64,000 nt of DNA, from assembly GCA_965219415.1 (NCBI GenBank), contig CBDCNP010000002.1, positions 3,584,001 to 3,648,000 on the forward strand, in the 5' to 3' direction. A program made the position numbers and the translations under genes. Under the pieces are notes generated by a model. That model ran no database searches. It worked only from the letters and a program-made list of their open reading frames with translations, and was not told the DNA's origin. Each line of letters starts with the position of its first letter. The stretch's first letter is position 1. The stretch is from Candidatus Marinacidobacterales bacterium. GTDB taxonomy: Bacteria > Acidobacteriota > Vicinamibacteria > Marinacidobacterales > DATDRI01. Shown here piece by piece: positions 52,017-60,619 of the stretch.

Positions 52017-53451
52017 GAAAGTGTGCCAATCTTAGTTGGGAATCGAAACGGCTCCAAACCCCGTGGTTTGATGGCGTTGGACAAAACAAAATCAAGCCGC
52101 GAAGAAAGGAGCCGAGATGGGAAGTCTGCTACGTTCGGTCAAGAAACGCAAGAAGTCGCGTCGTTTGGGTGAGGTCGAGATGGTGAGGCACGAGGATTAC
52201 GGGGAACTCGCGCTGGACGCCAAGGTAGAGATGATCCGTTGGTTGGTCCCCCTTGGTCTAATGCACGTTCACGAGTTGCTCGACGACGAAGTGAAGGCGT
52301 TGGCGGGAGAGCGATACTCTCGCAAGGACGAGCTGGAGCGCGGTCGCCGTCCCGGAAGCAACCCGGGCATGGTAGGGCTTGGCGGCCAGCGGGTACCGAT
52401 CCGTGTGCCACGGGTTCGGAGCATCGAGGGAGGAGAGATTCCGCTTCGCTGCTACGAGGCGGTGAGCCACGGCGGTGAGGTGAATGATCTTCTGCTGAAA
52501 CGAGTTCTCTACGGAATCTCTTGTCGCAACTACGAGGCGGCAGCGGAAGCGATTCCGGGCGCCATCGGGCTGTCGAGCTCAACGGTGTCCCGAGGGTTCG
52601 TGCAAGCGAGCGCTGCGAAGCTGCGGGAGATGCAGGAACGGGATCTGACCGGCGAGGATGTGGTGGCGCTGTTTCTGGATGGGAAGACATTCGCCGAGGC
52701 AACGATGGTCGTGGCTCTGGGCATCACGCTTTGCGGGGAAAAACGCTTCTTGGGCTTCGTGGAGACGGACACGGAGAACGCGCAGGTGTTGACGCCGTTC
52801 CTGCGTTCACTGCTCGAGCGGGGACTCGATATCTCCCAGGGTCTGCTGGTGATCATCGACGGCGGCAAGGGTCTCCAAGCGGCAGTCAAGAAGGCATTCC
52901 ATAAGCGGGCCCTGATACAACGCTGCCAGTGGCACAAACGTGAAAACGTAGTGAGCTACCTGTCCAAGGGCGAGCAGGCGTCATGGCGCAAGCGGCTCCA
53001 GTGGGCCTACAACAGGCCGGAGTACGAAGAGGCCCTCACTGCGCTCGAGCAACTCCACGGTGAGTTAGAAGAGCGGAACCAATCCGCAGCTGGCAGCCTG
53101 GAGGAAGGCCTCGAGGAGACGCTGACGTTGCATCGACTCGGCGTGCACGCGGTGCTGGGCCGTTCGTTCAAGACGACGAACTGCCTTGAGTCCGTCAATG
53201 CTCTCGTCGAGGAACGCTGCGCGAAGGTCGACCACTGGAAGAACTCGAGCCAACGCCAGCGCTGGTTGGCAACGGCGCTCGTAGACATCGAACCGCGCTT
53301 GAGGAAGGTGGTGGGCTACCGCCATCTTCCCAAGCTTCGCGAAGCTCTCAAGCGGGAACTGAAGATCGAGGCGAAGACATCAACCGTATCGAAGAAGAAG
53401 GTCGCTTAAACGTGAGCCGTGGAGAGTTTCAACTAAGAATGGGCTTGACTC
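52017..53451 (+). mobile_element. IS256-family element with 8-bp target duplication CCCGCGCC
   Basis: Imperfect IRs sharing TCTTAGTTG; duplication at 52009-52016 and 53452-53459. Confidence 0.92.
52117..53409 (+). CDS. IS256-family transposase
   Basis: VPRVR, GISCRNY, LFLDG, IIDGGKGL, QRCQWHK, TTNCLESVN. Confidence 0.92.
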   Translation: MGSLLRSVKKRKKSRRLGEVEMVRHEDYGELALDAKVEMIRWLVPLGLMHVHELLDDEVKALAGERYSRKDELERGRRPGSNPGMVGLGGQRVPIRVPRVRSIEGGEIPLRCYEAVSHGGEVNDLLLKRVLYGISCRNYEAAAEAIPGAIGLSSSTVSRGFVQASAAKLREMQERDLTGEDVVALFLDGKTFAEATMVVALGITLCGEKRFLGFVETDTENAQVLTPFLRSLLERGLDISQGLLVIIDGGKGLQAAVKKAFHKRALIQRCQWHKRENVVSYLSKGEQASWRKRLQWAYNRPEYEEALTALEQLHGELEERNQSAAGSLEEGLEETLTLHRLGVHAVLGRSFKTTNCLESVNALVEERCAKVDHWKNSSQRQRWLATALVDIEPRLRKVVGYRHLPKLREALKRELKIEAKTSTVSKKKVA

Positions 53452-53679
53452 CCCGCGCCGACAACGGAACGGAAGATGGTCGTCAGTTGAATCGCCGCAT
53501 CGAGATCCTCCTCGCCCCCGTTTCCGAGGAGCCAGAGAAAGAAGACTAGCAGGGTGCTCGCGAATTCACCTCACCCTGCGCGAGCGGTGCGAGCCCGGCC
53601 GGAGTCGGCCGACGAAAGGTGCGCCGAGCGAGAGCGAGGCGCCAAGCGCGCAAACGAGGAGTGAGCGCGCATTGATGCA

Positions 53680-54606
53680 TTAGATGACAGAGACGAGCGA
53701 AAGCTCGGAAAGCGTCTGGCGCACCTTCTCCACCTCTTCGTCGATCAAAGGTAGGATCGGCGGCCGCGGATACCCACCGGGCAGCTTCCTCAAATTCAAG
53801 GCGGCCTTAAAAATAGCCTGTGGTGAACCGAACTTCATGGAGTAATCCGGATTGATCCAATCCTCGAATAGTTTCCGATCTCGCGTCCCCGAGCGACGCG
53901 CCTTCTCGAGATCACCTGCCCATACGTGGTTGAAGAAATCGGGATGGTCGGCGCCAAGCACGGCACCCGCGCCGATCGTCCCGTCGCCACCATGTCGTTC
54001 GACGAGCGTGATGCCGAGCTCCGACATGGGAATGCCAAAGTAACGGACGCGATCCTTCAAGGCGAAAAATCCGTCGAGAAAGCGTCCGATCTCCCCCGTC
54101 GAGTTTTTGATCGCGACGACGGTATCCAGCTCGGTCAATTGCTCGAGTGTCTCGGTATCCATATCAATGTTGGTCCCCCGCGGCCAGTTGTAGACGCAAA
54201 TGGGTATCGCGACGACTTCGGAAACGGTACGGTAGAAATGCAAGATCTCCCGATTGCTTGGCACGACGTAGGGAGGTGGTGTTAGAAGAATTCCGTCGAG
54301 CCCAACTTCCTTGGCGGCTTGGGCGTAGTCGATCGCCTCTCGAGGTGTGTACGCGTTGCAACCACCCAGGATCGGAATTCGACCGCGAACCTGCTCCGCG
54401 GCTAAACGAAAGAGCTCCTTCCGTTCTTCCGGCAACAGACTGAACCACTCACCGGTGGTCCCGGCGACGGCCACCCCATGCATGCCCTCCGACACCATCC
54501 ATTCCAAGAGATCCCGCCATGCGGCGCGATCCAGCTCGCCGCTGGCGGTAAAGGGAGTGGTCACCGCTGGTAGGTAACCCTTCCATTCAACGGAACTACG
54601 ATCCAC
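53680..54606 (-). CDS. DHDPS/N-acetylneuraminate lyase superfamily protein (probably catabolic)
   Basis: PAVTTPF, GTTGE, PPPY, YNWP, Schiff-base K in AIKNS. Confidence 0.88.
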   Translation of the reverse strand: MDRSSVEWKGYLPAVTTPFTASGELDRAAWRDLLEWMVSEGMHGVAVAGTTGEWFSLLPEERKELFRLAAEQVRGRIPILGGCNAYTPREAIDYAQAAKEVGLDGILLTPPPYVVPSNREILHFYRTVSEVVAIPICVYNWPRGTNIDMDTETLEQLTELDTVVAIKNSTGEIGRFLDGFFALKDRVRYFGIPMSELGITLVERHGGDGTIGAGAVLGADHPDFFNHVWAGDLEKARRSGTRDRKLFEDWINPDYSMKFGSPQAIFKAALNLRKLPGGYPRPPILPLIDEEVEKVRQTLSELSLVSVI

Positions 54607-54682
54607 CGAATTACCTCCTAAATCGTGTTATAAACGCCGGTACGATGGCCAACCCATGCAGGGAGTCTAACCCAACTCGCTG

Positions 54683-56191
54683 ATGAAGACACCGAAAGCC
54701 TCGAGCGCCGAAGCCCTACCGCCACTGCAATTCTACGGCGGCCTTCCTGGCACCTTGGCGCCGTTCTTTCTTTACTTGTTGGGTGTCGCATGGCTCGCCT
54801 TTTCGGGAGCGCCGGACGAGCGCGGTTTCTGGCCCATCATCCTCGCCGCCATTACACTCGGTCTCCTTCTCGCCACCAACCGCACGACGTATTGCGAGGT
54901 CTTGATCAAGGGGATGAGCCAGCCCATCACCTCTATCATGATCATGGCTTGGTTGTTAGCGGGAGTGCTCGGCTCCTTGATGAACGCCTCTGGCTTTGTC
55001 GAAGCCCTAATCTGGTTGGCACGCCAAGTCGGCCTGTCGGGGGGCGGATTCGTCGGCGCTGCTTTCATCATCAGTGCCATTGTTTCGACATCGACGGGGA
55101 CCAGCTTCGGAACGATTTTTCTCTGTGGCCCTCTGCTCTATCCGGCCGGCGGGGCGCTGGGCGCAAACCCTGCAGTTCTCATCGGAGCGATCATTGGGGG
55201 AGCGACCTTCGGTGACAACATCTCGCCGATCTCCGATACCACCATCGCGTCTGCTCTAAGCCAACTCGCCGATATCGGGGGCGTGGTGAGGAGTCGACTC
55301 AAGTATGCATTGCCCGCAGCCGGGGTTGCTTTGTTGTTGTACATAGCCTTTGGCACCGCAGATGGTGCCTCGGCGGCAGGCGAGGGACTGTCGGAAGGAA
55401 ATCCCCGCGGCTTTCCCATGTTGATCGTCCCGGTGCTAGTGGTCACGCTCTTGCTCACGAAACGTCATCTCATTGAAGGGCTTCTCTTCGGCATATTGGC
55501 CGGCTCGCTCATCGGCCTTGCTTTCGGCCTTCTGAAGCCTTCCCAATTTCTTTACATCGACGCCGAAAATTTTATTGCGCGAGGGATCATTCTAGAAGGC
55601 CTCGAGCGAGGACTCGGTATTTCGATCCTGACCCTTTTGTTGATGGGGTTGGTTACTTCGCTACAAGCGACCGGAGTACTCAATCGCATCGTGGGATTCG
55701 CACAGAAACAGAGCAAGACACCGCGAGCCGCGGAGTGGTGGATCTTCGGAGCGGTGTCGACAGCGGTATTGCTGACGATGCACAGCGTGGTTGCCATTCT
55801 GACGGTGGGTGAGTTCTCCCGCGAGACGGGAGGGCGTTTCGGAATCTCTTCCTATCGCCGGGCCAACATTCTCGATGTCACCACTTCCTCTTTTCCCTTC
55901 ATCCTCCCGTGGTTCATTCCCACCATTCTGGCCGCCGGTACCACGGTCTCGGGTGAGGGGTTTGGAATGCCACGCGTCTCACCCCTCGACACCGGCCTCA
56001 ACAACTTCCATTCCTGGATGCTGTTGATCGTGATCGTGCTCGCAATTTGGACCGGTTACGGAAGGACGTTCCTTCCCGATAAGGCCAGGAAAACGGCGAA
56101 GAGAAGAACTAGCCGCGCTCTCCATTCATTTTCTCCCAGTAGCGGACCAGCTCGGCGAGAGGTACGGGCTTGGTCGGTGGTCTTGCCGTAA
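54683..56191 (+). CDS. NhaC-family antiporter/amino-acid transporter
   Basis: STGTSFGT, GA.FGDNISPISDTTIASA; many TM helices; 3' end overlaps the convergent gene. Confidence 0.85.
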   Translation: MKTPKASSAEALPPLQFYGGLPGTLAPFFLYLLGVAWLAFSGAPDERGFWPIILAAITLGLLLATNRTTYCEVLIKGMSQPITSIMIMAWLLAGVLGSLMNASGFVEALIWLARQVGLSGGGFVGAAFIISAIVSTSTGTSFGTIFLCGPLLYPAGGALGANPAVLIGAIIGGATFGDNISPISDTTIASALSQLADIGGVVRSRLKYALPAAGVALLLYIAFGTADGASAAGEGLSEGNPRGFPMLIVPVLVVTLLLTKRHLIEGLLFGILAGSLIGLAFGLLKPSQFLYIDAENFIARGIILEGLERGLGISILTLLLMGLVTSLQATGVLNRIVGFAQKQSKTPRAAEWWIFGAVSTAVLLTMHSVVAILTVGEFSRETGGRFGISSYRRANILDVTTSSFPFILPWFIPTILAAGTTVSGEGFGMPRVSPLDTGLNNFHSWMLLIVIVLAIWTGYGRTFLPDKARKTAKRRTSRALHSFSPSSGPARREVRAWSVVLP

Positions 56192-57632
56192 ACGGACCAA
56201 TCTTCGAGATGTCTTCTCCGGTCTTGGCCGCGATCAATGTCGCGACGCTGAGCGCGCAGAACCGACCTTGGCATGGCCCCATGCCGGTGCGGGTAAACAG
56301 CTTGACGGCATTCGCGGTCCCGAGATGCGGATTCTCACGAAGCGCTAGATTCACTTGGCCGGCCGAAACCTCCTCGCAGCGGCAGACGGTCGTTTCATCC
56401 GACATGAGTTTCGCCAGCGCTTCGAATCGTGGCGTGGCGAACTCTTGAAGGGCTCGCGCGAACCGTCGCTGCCGGCGGAGTTTCCTCCGGACCGGGGCGG
56501 CCACTTGGCCCGCCGGCCCCGCCCCGATCCGCCCGAGGTCTCTCAGGAGACCGACCGCAGCCAGTCGTCCTTCCGAGATCGCAACATCGGCTCCCGCCAC
56601 CCCGGTGATCTCACCCGCGAGGTAGATGTAGGGCTCCGTCGATCGCATCCACTCGTCGTGTTCTAGAACCCATCCGCCCTGACGCGCACTCCACCGGTGA
56701 CGACAGCCTGCCTGTCGACCCAACTCCGTTGAAGCCAGAAAGCCGTAGTTCAAGCCGACCGTGTCACAAGGGATGGTCTCCTCGGTCCCTGGTACCACGT
56801 TCCAGGTATCATCGACCGAAGCGACGACCGCACTCTCGACTTCATCGTGTCCTTCCGCCCCCACGATGATCTTACCGAACGAGATCGGCACTCCGGCCCG
56901 CTCGAGACGCCTCCACGCCGCGTGCGACTGCCAAAGTTTGTCCCAACTCGTCCAAACATCCGGGAGCTGCTTTATCGTATCAAAGAACGACGGCCTCGAC
57001 TGGGCGAAGAAGACGCCCGCGATCTCCGCCCCCTCATTGAGCAGCTGGTCGGCGATCAAGATCTGAAGGGGGTGCGCCCCTACGAAACAGAACCGCTTAC
57101 CTGGCAAGAAACGCTGGCTCTTGACGAAGGCTTGGATCCCCCCTGCCGCCATCACTCCCGGCAACGTCCATCCGGCGAACGCCACCGGCAAATCGAAGGC
57201 CCCGGGAGCAAGGAGCACTCTCCTCGCACGAATGAGATCGACACCGCCTCCTCCGGATAACGCAAGTCCCAATCCCGGCGCGGGCTGGACGGCAGCACCC
57301 GGACTTTGCGTTACCGATCCGAGCTCGGGTGCCGATCGGATAACGGGGACTCCTTCGACTCCGATGGCGAACAATCCCCACACCGTTGTCTCGAGTTCAT
57401 ATCGAAGCTTCTTCTCGGAGGCGGCTCGCAGAATTTCCCTACCAAGGGCATGCGTCCTGTCGACGCCGCGGTCGTTAACCCTAAAAGTCTTCGGTGGCTG
57501 ACGGTAGATCTGTCCACCGGGTCGGGCCTGCTCGTCGATCAAAACGACATCGACACCATGATCGGCGAGAACCAACGCCGCGGCCAATCCGCCCGGACCG
57601 GCGCCCACGATCGCGACCTCAGCGCGGTCCAT
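56109..57632 (-). CDS. FAD/NAD(P)-dependent oxidoreductase with BFD-like [2Fe-2S] (HcnB/OoxA-like subunit)
   Basis: IVGAGPGG, GGQIYRQ, GWTLPGV, VCRCEEV, TRTGMGPCQGRFC. Confidence 0.9.
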   Translation of the reverse strand: MDRAEVAIVGAGPGGLAAALVLADHGVDVVLIDEQARPGGQIYRQPPKTFRVNDRGVDRTHALGREILRAASEKKLRYELETTVWGLFAIGVEGVPVIRSAPELGSVTQSPGAAVQPAPGLGLALSGGGGVDLIRARRVLLAPGAFDLPVAFAGWTLPGVMAAGGIQAFVKSQRFLPGKRFCFVGAHPLQILIADQLLNEGAEIAGVFFAQSRPSFFDTIKQLPDVWTSWDKLWQSHAAWRRLERAGVPISFGKIIVGAEGHDEVESAVVASVDDTWNVVPGTEETIPCDTVGLNYGFLASTELGRQAGCRHRWSARQGGWVLEHDEWMRSTEPYIYLAGEITGVAGADVAISEGRLAAVGLLRDLGRIGAGPAGQVAAPVRRKLRRQRRFARALQEFATPRFEALAKLMSDETTVCRCEEVSAGQVNLALRENPHLGTANAVKLFTRTGMGPCQGRFCALSVATLIAAKTGEDISKIGPFTARPPTKPVPLAELVRYWEKMNGERG

Positions 57633-57909
57633 GCACTCCTCCCGTCGCGACTTTCATGGCTGGTCGGACGGCGATCATGCAAGATCTGACCTCGGTAACA
57701 CCGTCCACGGTCACCACACAGTCGAAACAAACGCCCATATTGCAGAAGGGAGCTCGGGGCGAGCCTCCCTGCGTGCTCCGGAAAACACGCCGCCCGGAGG
57801 CGAGGATCGCAGTAGCCAGGGACTCTCCAGGAAAAGCTTCTACCTGCTCGCCGTCGATCTCGATGACGACCGCCGCCGGCCGTTCGGTGTTGTTCACGAG
57901 TCGCCGCAT
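57619..57909 (-). CDS. [2Fe-2S] subunit (HcnA-like)
   Basis: GESLA.A.L, R..FCNMGVCFDC.V.VDG....RSC. Confidence 0.9.
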   Translation of the reverse strand: MRRLVNNTERPAAVVIEIDGEQVEAFPGESLATAILASGRRVFRSTQGGSPRAPFCNMGVCFDCVVTVDGVTEVRSCMIAVRPAMKVATGGVHGPR

Positions 57910-57919
57910 GATCGTGGTC

Positions 57920-59113
57920 CTATACTGGATTCAAATGGTCCAGGCGCTGAGGGCTGTAAAGATCCATGGGCAACGAGGCCTCTCCTTTCAATATTTGCTC
58001 ACTCAGCGAATGGGCATAGGTGAGGCCGATCGTGAAGCCCGAGCCTCCGATGGCGACGAAGAGTCCGGGACGACGGTGAACCTCGCCCAAGACCGGGATC
58101 TGATCGGGGGTGACCCCGACGATCCCCGACCACGTGCGGATGAGTCGCAGAGACCGAACCGCCGGCACGACGTGCGACGCCAGCGCCGCGCTACCCGCGA
58201 GTGAATCGAGCAAGAGGTCCGGAGAGTCATCGATGTTTGCGTAGTTCTCTGTGCGACGAAGCCAGGCCGGCCACCCCCCACCAATCAAGACGTTCCCATC
58301 ACGCATCTGCTTCATCGAGAGGCGACGGCCCACGTGTTGTACGAGGTGAGTCATTGTTGGCGACACCGACTCGGTGGCCATCATGCTGAGCGCCACCGGA
58401 ATCACCGGAAGGTTCACGTTGGCCAAAGCGGCCACCCGCCCCGTCCACGCCCCTGCCGTCACAAGCACCGTCTCTGTTTCGAGCTCGAGCCCCGACTCCG
58501 TCCGCACCGTCCATCGGCCGCGTCGGCGGCCGAGGTAGTTCACTCGTTGGTTCGTCGACAACTCGGCCCCCAGCCGTATCGCCGCCCGTGCCAACGCAGG
58601 CGCTACGAGGCGCGGGTTGGCGTGCCCCTCTTTGGAATAGTACCCGGCAGCCTGGATCGATTTGGATAGATAAGGCGCCATCCTTCGCGCTTCGTCACCG
58701 GTCAAGAGCTCCGTTTCCAGGTTCCACTTGCTCTCGAGAGCTCTTTTCTTTTCCAACAACTGGATCTCGTCGCGGGTCTCGGCGACGATGAAACCGCCAT
58801 CCTGCAAGATCTCGAGATCCTCACCCAGCTCGACCTCCAGGTTGCTCCATCTGGCCACCGCATCCTGCACCAGCGGTATCGAGAGAGCGAACTGCTCCGC
58901 CAGCGCGTCGCCGTGCTCGATCATCCGGTGCTCGAGTTGGAAGTGAAGGCTGCCGGCATTTTGCCCGGAAGCCTGACGATTAAGCTGTTCCCCCTCGAGA
59001 AGAACGACCCGCGCGCCCGCGCGCGCCAAATAGTAGGAGGCGGCGCAACCCAACAGGCCTCCGCCGATCACGACGACATCGGAGCGCGAGCTAACGGACT
59101 CGGGAAGATTCAA
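57920..59113 (-). CDS. FAD-dependent D-amino acid oxidase family subunit (HcnC/OoxB-like)
   Basis: VVVIGGGLLG, ASGQNAG, R.WSG....TPD..P.LG, GSGFT.G. Confidence 0.88.
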   Translation of the reverse strand: MNLPESVSSRSDVVVIGGGLLGCAASYYLARAGARVVLLEGEQLNRQASGQNAGSLHFQLEHRMIEHGDALAEQFALSIPLVQDAVARWSNLEVELGEDLEILQDGGFIVAETRDEIQLLEKKRALESKWNLETELLTGDEARRMAPYLSKSIQAAGYYSKEGHANPRLVAPALARAAIRLGAELSTNQRVNYLGRRRGRWTVRTESGLELETETVLVTAGAWTGRVAALANVNLPVIPVALSMMATESVSPTMTHLVQHVGRRLSMKQMRDGNVLIGGGWPAWLRRTENYANIDDSPDLLLDSLAGSAALASHVVPAVRSLRLIRTWSGIVGVTPDQIPVLGEVHRRPGLFVAIGGSGFTIGLTYAHSLSEQILKGEASLPMDLYSPQRLDHLNPV

Positions 59114-59165
59114 AGGAAGCCTAGTTTATCTCCCTCAACGACTTGATTAAAGTAGAATCTGCTAC

Positions 59166-59723
59166 ATGCCCCCCCGCCCGAAGCGCCTGACCGGGTATTG
59201 CGCCGTGGCGCCCGACCACCCGTTTCATGGACCGTACCACGACCGGGAGTACGGCTTTCCCATTCGAACGGACAGTGCACTCTTCGAGCGTCTAGCACTC
59301 GAAATCAATCAGGCAGGACTCTCTTGGTTGACCATTCTGAAGAAGAAAGACAACTTCCGAGTCGCTTTCGACAAGTTCGATCTCGATCGCGTGGCAGCCT
59401 ACCGAAGCCGCGACCGGGCACGCCTTCTACGGAATGCTGGCATTATTCGCAATCGCCTGAAGGTGAACGCAGTCATCGAGAACGCTCGGCGACTCGTCGA
59501 CATCCGTAAAAGCCACGGCAGCTTCGCCAAGTGGCTGGACGCCCACCACTCCCTTATTAAGGCGGAGTGGGTGAAGTTGTTCAAGAAGACCTTCCTTTTT
59601 ACGGGAGGGGAGATCACCGGAGAGTTTCTGTTGAGCACGGGTTACTTGAAGGGCGCCCACGTACCGGCGTGCCCAGTGTACAAACGAGTGGCTCGATTGA
59701 AACCACCCTGGATGCTCACCTAA
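59166..59723 (+). CDS. tag: DNA-3-methyladenine glycosylase I
   Basis: YHD.EYG.P, LFE.L.LE..QAGLSW.TILKK, GIIRNRLKV.A.I.NA, H...C. Confidence 0.92.
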   Translation: MPPRPKRLTGYCAVAPDHPFHGPYHDREYGFPIRTDSALFERLALEINQAGLSWLTILKKKDNFRVAFDKFDLDRVAAYRSRDRARLLRNAGIIRNRLKVNAVIENARRLVDIRKSHGSFAKWLDAHHSLIKAEWVKLFKKTFLFTGGEITGEFLLSTGYLKGAHVPACPVYKRVARLKPPWMLT

Positions 59724-59977
59724 AGAGAGGAGCCCTCAGCTCGCGCGGCCGCCTTCGTTCGCAGAGTGGGGTCTGGGCGAACTTCGGCGAGGCCTCGCCG
59801 TAGCAATGCGGAGGCGGGCAGTCGGCCGCCGACGAAGCGCGGGAGCAGGAGCAGTCAGCTGCCGCGGAGCACAATGTTGCGAAGCGGCGGCGATGGGGGT
59901 GGGGTCCCCGTCGCCCTTGGCGACGATGTGGGGCTCAGGCGATTGAGAGATTTTCGTAGTAGAAATAGACTAGTCCT

Positions 59978-60044
59978 GGGGCCGGGCCCTGCCTTATCCG
60001 ATTGATGCGCCTCTCGCCGACGCTCGGCCGGCAAGGCCCGGCCC
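59978..60044. terminator. GC-rich hairpin between convergent genes
   Basis: GGGCCGGGCCCTGCC ... GGCAAGGCCCGGCCC inverted repeat; no clear U-tract. Confidence 0.4.
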
Positions 60045-60051
60045 TCAGGTT

Positions 60052-60438
60052 CTAACGGAAGGTCACGCGGTGGTTATGCCCGTCGTTGTTCGTCGAGGTC
60101 ACCTGCACCCGTTGGCCGTCCCCAATCTGAGTGAGCTCGGCGCCCGTTAAATTCACGGTGTGGGAATGGTCGGCGCTTCCCGTGATGTCGATCGCCACAT
60201 CGTTGCCCCCGTTTATCTGAACGTCGGTCACGGTCGCGATGTGACCGTGATTAGCGGATATGGTTCCGTTGACATCGCCGGCGCCACCACCACCGTTTCC
60301 GCCGCCACCCCCGGTGCTGGGAGCGGTGGGCGAGCTACTGTCCGAGCCGCACCCGGTGATGGTGATGACGACACCACTCAGAAGTGCCATCACGGACTCT
60401 CGCGTGAACTGCCGTCGGCTCAGTAATTGGTCATCCAT
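60052..60438 (-). CDS. His-rich putative Tat lipoprotein
   Basis: AAAGGAG RBS; SRRQF twin-arginine motif, ITGC lipobox-like, Gly linker, three HxH motifs (NHGH, DHSH, GHNH). Confidence 0.75.
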   Translation of the reverse strand: MDDQLLSRRQFTRESVMALLSGVVITITGCGSDSSSPTAPSTGGGGGNGGGGAGDVNGTISANHGHIATVTDVQINGGNDVAIDITGSADHSHTVNLTGAELTQIGDGQRVQVTSTNNDGHNHRVTFR

Positions 60439-60505
60439 GTTTCGATCTCCTTTGATGAACATTCTCGTTCGAGCGCTGGCTCCGCGCCAAGGACAATCTC
60501 AGGAG

Positions 60506-60521
60506 TGCAAGCTGGATGCCA
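60506..60521 (-). promoter_or_regulatory. Sigma54 (-24/-12) promoter
   Basis: Minus strand TGGCAT-CCAGC-TTGCA matches TGGCAC-N5-TTGCW with exact spacing. Confidence 0.7.
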
Positions 60522-60560
60522 AGGCTAAATGAAGAAGGTAGGCGGAAGGGGATCGGCGGC

Positions 60561-60579
60561 GCTTACGATTTACGTAAGC
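60561..60579. promoter_or_regulatory. Palindromic operator or enhancer candidate
   Basis: GCTTACG-ATTTA-CGTAAGC, perfect 7-bp arms, upstream of the sigma54 site. Confidence 0.5.
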
Positions 60580-60619
60580 ACATTACGTTTCTGGAAACTG
60601 GCAAGTGAGGCACTCCCCA

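Larger units (their letters stand above)
51381..53549 (+). pseudogene. OmpA/MotB-family protein interrupted by IS256
   Basis: TM helix + coiled coil, ILFDSG, GHTDN, NWELSAARA; resumes after the IS as DNGTEDGRQLNRRIEI...*. Confidence 0.9.

Noticed and set aside
53680-54606. dapA (lysine biosynthesis)
   Set aside because: Divergent motifs (YNWP, IKNS) and the catabolic context; only the superfamily is supportable.
56109-59113. Hydrogen cyanide synthase (hcnABC) call
   Set aside because: The architecture is shared with hydroxyproline and opine dehydrogenases, and the neighbouring transporter and DHDPS-like gene favour catabolism, so no symbol was assigned.
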